Below, one piece after another: positions 57,430 to 64,000 of a stretch of DNA of 64,000 nucleotides (the stretch's first letter is position 1; every line of letters starts with the position of its first letter). Under the pieces are notes generated by a model. It saw nothing but the letters and a program-made list of their open reading frames with translations, did not search any database and was not told where the DNA came from. Made by a program: the position numbers and the translations under genes. Origin of the DNA: Chrysomallon squamiferum (Eukaryota; Animalia; Mollusca); the NCBI GenBank assembly GCA_012295275.1, contig CM022667.1, forward strand, positions 8,060,001 to 8,124,000, written 5' to 3'.

Positions 57430-60400
57430 ATGTCTGATGAAGAAGACTATTCAGATTCTGAAGATGATGTTGATTATGTACCGTCAGGTATATTATAATT
57501 GACTAAATAGCGTTTTGTTTCTCTTAATCAAGTAACTTACATTTCCTTAGACATTAGTTTGAGTTGTTTCCCTTCGAAATTTTATTGCGCTACCGAAATC
57601 CAATTTTGTTTCATTTTCCACGTAATTTATGATATTATGTTAAACTGCATGTCTTTCATGTTTTGGTCATAAATGGCAAGGAAAGCACCTTAATGAGATC
57701 CAATTAAAGAAACATTTTCATTAAAAAACGTTAACTGAAACGGTTTTTTTTAATTAGGCATCATACAATTAACCATGCCAATGATACTGGTATTTCATAA
57801 TTTATTGTTTGATGCTGGCAAAAATAGTTAATATAATTTAAATTTATTATTATTTTGTTTAATTTGTTTTTAGGAAAAAGAAAATACATTTTACATAGGT
57901 GTCATTTTGTGTGTAAATTGTACTGGTTATAATTTAGAAAATAAATTTGTAGATGGCGAGGCAGTCAGTGAAGAAGAAGGGTCTGGAGATGAAGAAGATT
58001 TAACAGCACTGACTGAAGATGCAGCTCATGACAAAACAGAAGGGAAAAGAAGAAAAAAGCCCAGTGGTTTACCTCAAAAGCCAAGGTTTTAAACACTTAT
58101 TTTCATTACAAGATATCCAAAATTTACTCTTGAAAATGATATTGAATATATATATATATATATAATAACAAAAACATTTACAAAAACCAATAAAACTGGA
58201 AATTTATTTTGCAGAATATATATTTTAATAATATAAAGGTTGTGATAAACATTTGATATTTTATGTTGCTGAACATGTTATATTCATTTTTAGAACAATT
58301 TCATTAGATACTTATAATAATTTGTTTAGTCTAACTCTAAACATCTGTGTATTAGTGTTTCTTTAGTTTAAAATAACAGGCTATTTAAAAAATTCAGTTC
58401 TTATTTAAATGCATAGCAGACTCGTTTAATTCTCTCATCCAAATAATTTTATCCATTATGTATCAGAACTGTTTTCCCCTATCTCTGATAAGTGATAAGA
58501 ATGTTCTGTGGATGGATATTATTTTTCTGTGAAAAAAGTATTGAATGATTTTAATCAAATATTGATAGATTCACTCATTCATTTTAAACTAATATAGGAC
58601 GAGAATTGGAGGTATAAAATTAGAAGGAGAAAAGGTGGATGCTAGTCCTGTGGAAGGAGAAAACAAGGAGCTTGCTGAAGCTATTATTAAGGAGAAGGAG
58701 GCAAAAAGGCAGAGCTGGAGAAGAAAAGAGCAGATGAACTGTGGTCAAGTTTTTTGTCTGATGTCAAAGTTCCACCAAAAAAGTCATCTTCTTCTGGAAG
58801 TTTGTCTTCACCACCAGAAAAAGTAAATATCACTCTGGACTAGTTTGGTTTGTAATGAAAGACATTTCAAAATAATGTTAGATATAGTTAATTTAGTTCA
58901 CATGAAATAAATTAATACTTGGATTCATTTTGGGGGAAATATTATAAAATATACAAAAATAACCATTAAATTTTGTTTACAGCCTTCCCTGAACATGTCA
59001 GTGTTACTTACATTTAGATTTTAATATTTAATATTTCCTGTCAGTTTGTTGTTATTTTCAGTCAGGCATAACTTTTATGCAAAGGGGTCGAGATGTATAA
59101 AAATAAAATAAAAACGCAATATTAATCCTATGAGACATGGTAAAAATATAATTAACATTATTCGTTAATTGTTAAGTAAATGTATCAACTGTGCTTTTAT
59201 TTACAGGTACCAGAACCATCAGTGGAGAAGAACAAATCAACAGAAAGTAAAAACAGCGATGAAAAAGTGAAGTCGACAGAACAGAAAGGAAAGATAACTG
59301 TCACAAAGGTGTTTGATTTTGCTGGAGAAAAAGTTCAGTAAGTAAATTTTTATTTCCATCTGAAAAACATTTTATAGATCAGAGCAAAAATAACTCTCTT
59401 TCCTAAGCTTATAGTTCAACAGACCACTGTAAATTTTTATTTATTTTTTTATTATTTGTTTTTCAGAGTTACAAAGGAAATTGATGTCAATTCTAAAGAA
59501 GGGAAAGCTGAACTGATGAAACAGAAGTTAAGTGCTGAAATTGGATCCACCAACACAGGTATTACAGCATTATCAACAACAACAACAACAACAACGTCAC
59601 CAGCATTATCAGCGTGAGTAGATAAATAATTAAATAATAATTTTTTCTCTTTACCACAATTCATTTTTATTAGCAATTCTCCATTTTATATTTTTGTTAA
59701 CTGACAAGTTCAGTTTGAAATAGTTTTGTGTTAAATATGTTTGACTGTTAGAATAATTTCAAGAACTTTATTACAACTTCAAAAAATTAAAATTAAAGAT
59801 TTCCATGTGATCTGTATGTCTCTACGTCAGTTTTCATTACTCTTCGCTACTTTGTTGATTATGATTCCATTCTCTACACTTTTGTAATCACAGTGGTCAT
59901 TATTGTTTTCTAAATAACTTTAGTAGCTGTGCTGGAAGTGAAACTAGTAAAAATGCTGAACAGTATTAAACCTGTGTACACACACACACACACACACACA
60001 CATTTCTATACAATCTTATGTTGAAGTTAAATAAATTAAAAATGTAAAATTAAATTCATCACAAATATTACATTTTTATAATGATCCTTTTAAAGTTATG
60101 ATAATCCATGACACTATTTAATGCTTTAATGTATAATTGTTACTTGTTTTCTTGCTCTTAAACGGTTACTTTGGGGGGTTTTAAATATTTCAGTGGTGTC
60201 AAGAGACCAGCTGTTGGTGGAGGTCTGGGTAGCATCCTAAACAAAATTACTAAGAAAGATAAAATAAGTACACTGGTGAGTAATTCAAATTTTTGTTTCT
60301 TTTATATAACACAGTTTTATTGTCTCCTATATGGGACCTCACTTAAAAATTTAAACTCTACTGTTTTTTCAAAATTAAATTTTTTTTATTTTTTTTATTT

Positions 60401-60877
60401 TTATCATGAGCTATTAATTGAAAACTAAGAAATTACAAATATTTTAAATGTTTTTACATTATTCTGATTCCAGTCTGTTGATAAAGTAGGATATTGTTAT
60501 ATTCATCTGCCTTATACATATTCAGTTTTAAATTATAAAATGTTTATTTCATCAATGAACAGAGTTTGTACAAGTCATTTTTCAAATTAATTTTCTGTGA
60601 AAGCCTGCATTACTGATATAGAACTAAAGTTCACCAGTCATTGATGTAGAAAACAAATCTAACCTCACAATATGTAGATTTAACAAGTTACATTTCTCTT
60701 TTAGAAGACAGGGAATCAATAAATAAATAAATAAAATACTTTTACAGGAAAAGTCAAAGCTGGACTGGAATAAGTTTAAAAAAGAGGAAGGGATAGAAGA
60801 TGAAGTCAAACTACACAACAAAGGAAAAGCATCGTAAGTTGTTAATCAGTTTAAATTGTTTATTTTTCATTTGATAG

Positions 60878-60908
<31 letters not shown>

Positions 60909-61167
60909 GTTGTTGTTTTTTCTTTTTAATTTTATTTCTAATCATACTGTCATTACTTCATATTGTTTATCCATGACAAATCTTAGTTTTTTTTGTTTTT
61001 GTAACTAGTTTTCTATAAATAGTCACACAGACTAACAAAACAGCATGTACGAGTGATGTTTGTTTTATTTTTATAGATACTTGGAAAGACAAGCGTTTCT
61101 CAATCGAGCTGATCTACGTCAGTATGAGATAGAAAAGAGTTTGCGACTGGGTTCTAGCAAAAGATGA
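57430..61167 (+). CDS. CFDP1: Craniofacial development protein 1 (BCNT/Swc5 family)
   Basis: Exons 57430-57487 (MSDEEDYSDSEDDVDYVPS), 57953-58085, 58598-58822 (DELWSSFLSDV; one base short), 59207-59337 (VTKVFDFAGE), 59467-59613, 60194-60275, 60748-60833 (EKSKLDWNKFKKEEGIED) and 61077-61167 (YLERQAFLNRADLRQYEIEK). BCNT-C motif is present. AATAAA at 61358. Confidence 0.93.
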
Positions 61168-62607
61168 CATATTTTTCAGTACCACGTTAAATGTTTATCA
61201 CAGATTGTGTTAAACAGTGAATTCTGACGGGCAAATTGAAAGTGAAAGAATGACAGTTAAAAATGTTTTCTGTGAATATCGGCCTCTGCAGATTAAAGGT
61301 TGATAGAAAAACAAAGAAAAGCAGATATGTTGTAGACAGTATTATTCAACAATGTTAAATAAAACACTCTTTATTACCAAATGTATCACAAGTGAAATTA
61401 TTTTTCTTTATCTCAAGCTTTTATTTCTTTAACATTAACTTTATTGTGTAAACAGTAGAAAACTTAGGTTTTTGTGATAATCATGTAATTAATATATTGT
61501 AATTAATCATGAATGAAAATGTTTTGTTCACTACTGTTGCAAATCAAAACATTTAGAGCTGGCTGCACAGCTAAGGTTTTTAAATTTCATACTTCACTGG
61601 TTTCTTGTCAAAATTTTGTTCTGAAAGGAAAAATGATTAACTTGTTTAACAATATATTGTCTAACATACAATATATTTTATTTCACTTTGATTCAAAAGT
61701 TTAAATGTTCTAGAGCATTTGAATGTATTTCTAAAAAAAAAAAAAAATGTAATTTTTAAAAAATCATTTTGTATACATGATTCATTTATCAGTCTGAAAT
61801 AGTTTTGTTGACCAAAGAAATAGAAAGAAAACTTCAGGTGAATATTTGTTTCCAAGAAACAAGGACAATCAAAAGTTTAAAAATTTGGTTGCAGATGATT
61901 TTTTCTTGTACAAATATGTAGATCATGGATCTTTTATTTCATTTCTGATTAAAATCTAGGAAAGCCTAGAGCACTATACATGATTTTATTTGGCAATTAA
62001 GTTTAACAAACGTACAGATCATATGTCTCTTACACTTAATCTTCAGTTGCTTCAAGGTAATTTGTGAATATCTGTTTGTTTAATCTTTTGTTAGCAAAAC
62101 TGGAAAAATTATTAATCAATACACACTGGTTTACCTATGACAGAAAGTTTTGTTATTTTTTATTACAAAAAAAAAAAAAAAATAAATAAATAAATATTTA
62201 TTTTATTTTATTTTATTTTATATTATTTTTATATTATTATTTTTACTTAATTAATTACTTGCTTACTTACATACTTTAATTATTTATTTAGATTTTTGAG
62301 ACTTACAAATGCAAAAAGAAATAATTAAAAATGTAAGAAAAAAATTCCATTCAACAGCTTGGCAACATCAGGTCCTTTATGATTTTTATTATTATTATTT
62401 TTATTTTTTTCTTAGACAGCATATATCACAACTTGTGAATCATCATTACAGAGCAATGGTTAGAACAAGAAATAGTCTTAAGTATTTAATGAAGAAACCT
62501 GAAAACAATTAATAATGTCTTAGGAGCACTCCTAAGTGTAACATGAGACAGCAATTCTCTAAAACTCAGTAGTGTTTGTATTTTCATCTATGACTTGACG
62601 CCATCAC

Positions 62608-62622
62608 TCACCAGGTGGCGTC
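62608..62622 (+). promoter_or_regulatory. CTCF-like motif
   Basis: TCACCAGGTGGCGTC resembles the CTCF core; it sits in intergenic DNA after CFDP1. Confidence 0.35.
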
Positions 62623-63334
62623 TTGTTGCATAGGTACCCGACAGACTTTTTCTATTAATATATTTGCAGTGTTGTTCTCATATCTCTCTCTCTCCCCCTC
62701 TCTACTCTAACACACACACACACGTACACGCTAATTAACTAATGATCTTATTTCAATCTCATATTTCAAAAAGTTACGTAATTTCTAAGAGGTTTTTTTT
62801 CGTATTTTAGCGCGATGGATAAAAAGTATTTTCTAAATAATCTAAAATACCTGTCTATCGGTTAATTTTTAACTTTTTATTTTTTTTTATTATTATTATT
62901 ATTATTTATTTTATTTTTTTTTTTTTTTTTTTTTTTCTCTGCCTTCTTGGAAATACTGTATTATTTGTTATGAATTATAAAAATTGTTTAACGCTAATGT
63001 TTTAGAAACTCTCTTTCAAATCTATATTTACATTCTACAGGTCTTGAGTCGGATCAGTGAATTCCTTTCAGCTAAATGACGTCAGTCAATTGTTGACGTC
63101 GTATTTATAACGTATAAAAACCAAAACGGAAGAGTATATAAAAAATATAATATAATAAGAAGAAGAAGAAAATAAAAACCGATATTAAATTTCGTTTGTT
63201 TCCGTGTTTCATTTCTATGGTAACTGGTGAGTATTAACAGTTATTTGTATTGTCTTATTTGCATCCGGAAATTCAAGTTTCAATAATTCTTATACTGATT
63301 ATTATTATTATTTTTTTTAATTATTATTTTTATG

Positions 63335-63392
<58 letters not shown>

Positions 63393-64000
63393 TAAAACAG
63401 AAGAATACTTCATTGTGTATTAACATATAATTTTTAAAAATTTCGACAAATACCCCACAAAACTCATATCCTTGCCCCCCTAACTTTTTAACAAACTTAG
63501 ATTTAATAAAATACAGTTCCCTCGTTGTTATTTTGAATTACAGAAATATATATATATATATATATACTAGTATTTAGCTGTAGCCTGAATCATATTTTTG
63601 AAAAGCTTAAAGGAAAATGCAGACAGAAAGTTACTTTTCTCCTTTAGAATCAATAACAAATATTTTAGGTGTAAAACGGGGTCAAAGCAAATAGCCTAGA
63701 TATTAATCTACCAAGCGGGTACACGAGTGAAGACGTGCTGATTGATAGGAAGGTTTTTTTTTTTTGTTTGTTTGTTCGTTTTTTTTGTCATTACTTCACT
63801 TCAGTGTGTTTTTAAAGACATTATATACGTATGTGTGCGTATCTCTCTGTCAGTGTTTATTTCTAAAAGTCTTACATTTATCTCCCTTTTTCACCTTCAA
63901 CAATAACCGGGTAAAATTATCTGGTTCAAATCAAACAAAAATGAAAGAATGTCGCATGACGCTTAAATCATGTGATGTTCTACTCTCTTTTCAGTTTGCT

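Overview
AT-rich, intron-containing animal genomic DNA, probably a lophotrochozoan such as a mollusc (inferred from repeat content; not proven). Six protein-coding genes can be rebuilt exon by exon from splice signals, reading frame and remembered homology: the 5' part of an axonemal outer-arm dynein heavy chain (DNAH5-like, minus strand, runs off the left edge), GDAP1-like (+), VAC14 (-, complete, 17 coding exons), a 4-TM MARVEL-domain gene (+), TMEM170 (-) and CFDP1/BCNT (+). They form three divergent pairs. The main points of interest are: four alternative phase-0 first coding exons plus two frame-preserving cassette/micro-exons in the dynein gene; a U12-type intron in VAC14; intronic minisatellites built from copies of the neighbouring splice sites; a 4.1-kb 30-bp satellite bracketed by degenerate inverted repeats; a 33-bp double-CRE motif present twice 41 kb apart; many RFX X-boxes; and three apparent frameshifts that are most likely assembly errors. 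I found no prokaryotic systems, CRISPR arrays, rRNA or tRNA. Most long ORFs in the supplied track are repeat artefacts. All homology calls are from memory of the human proteins; no search was run.
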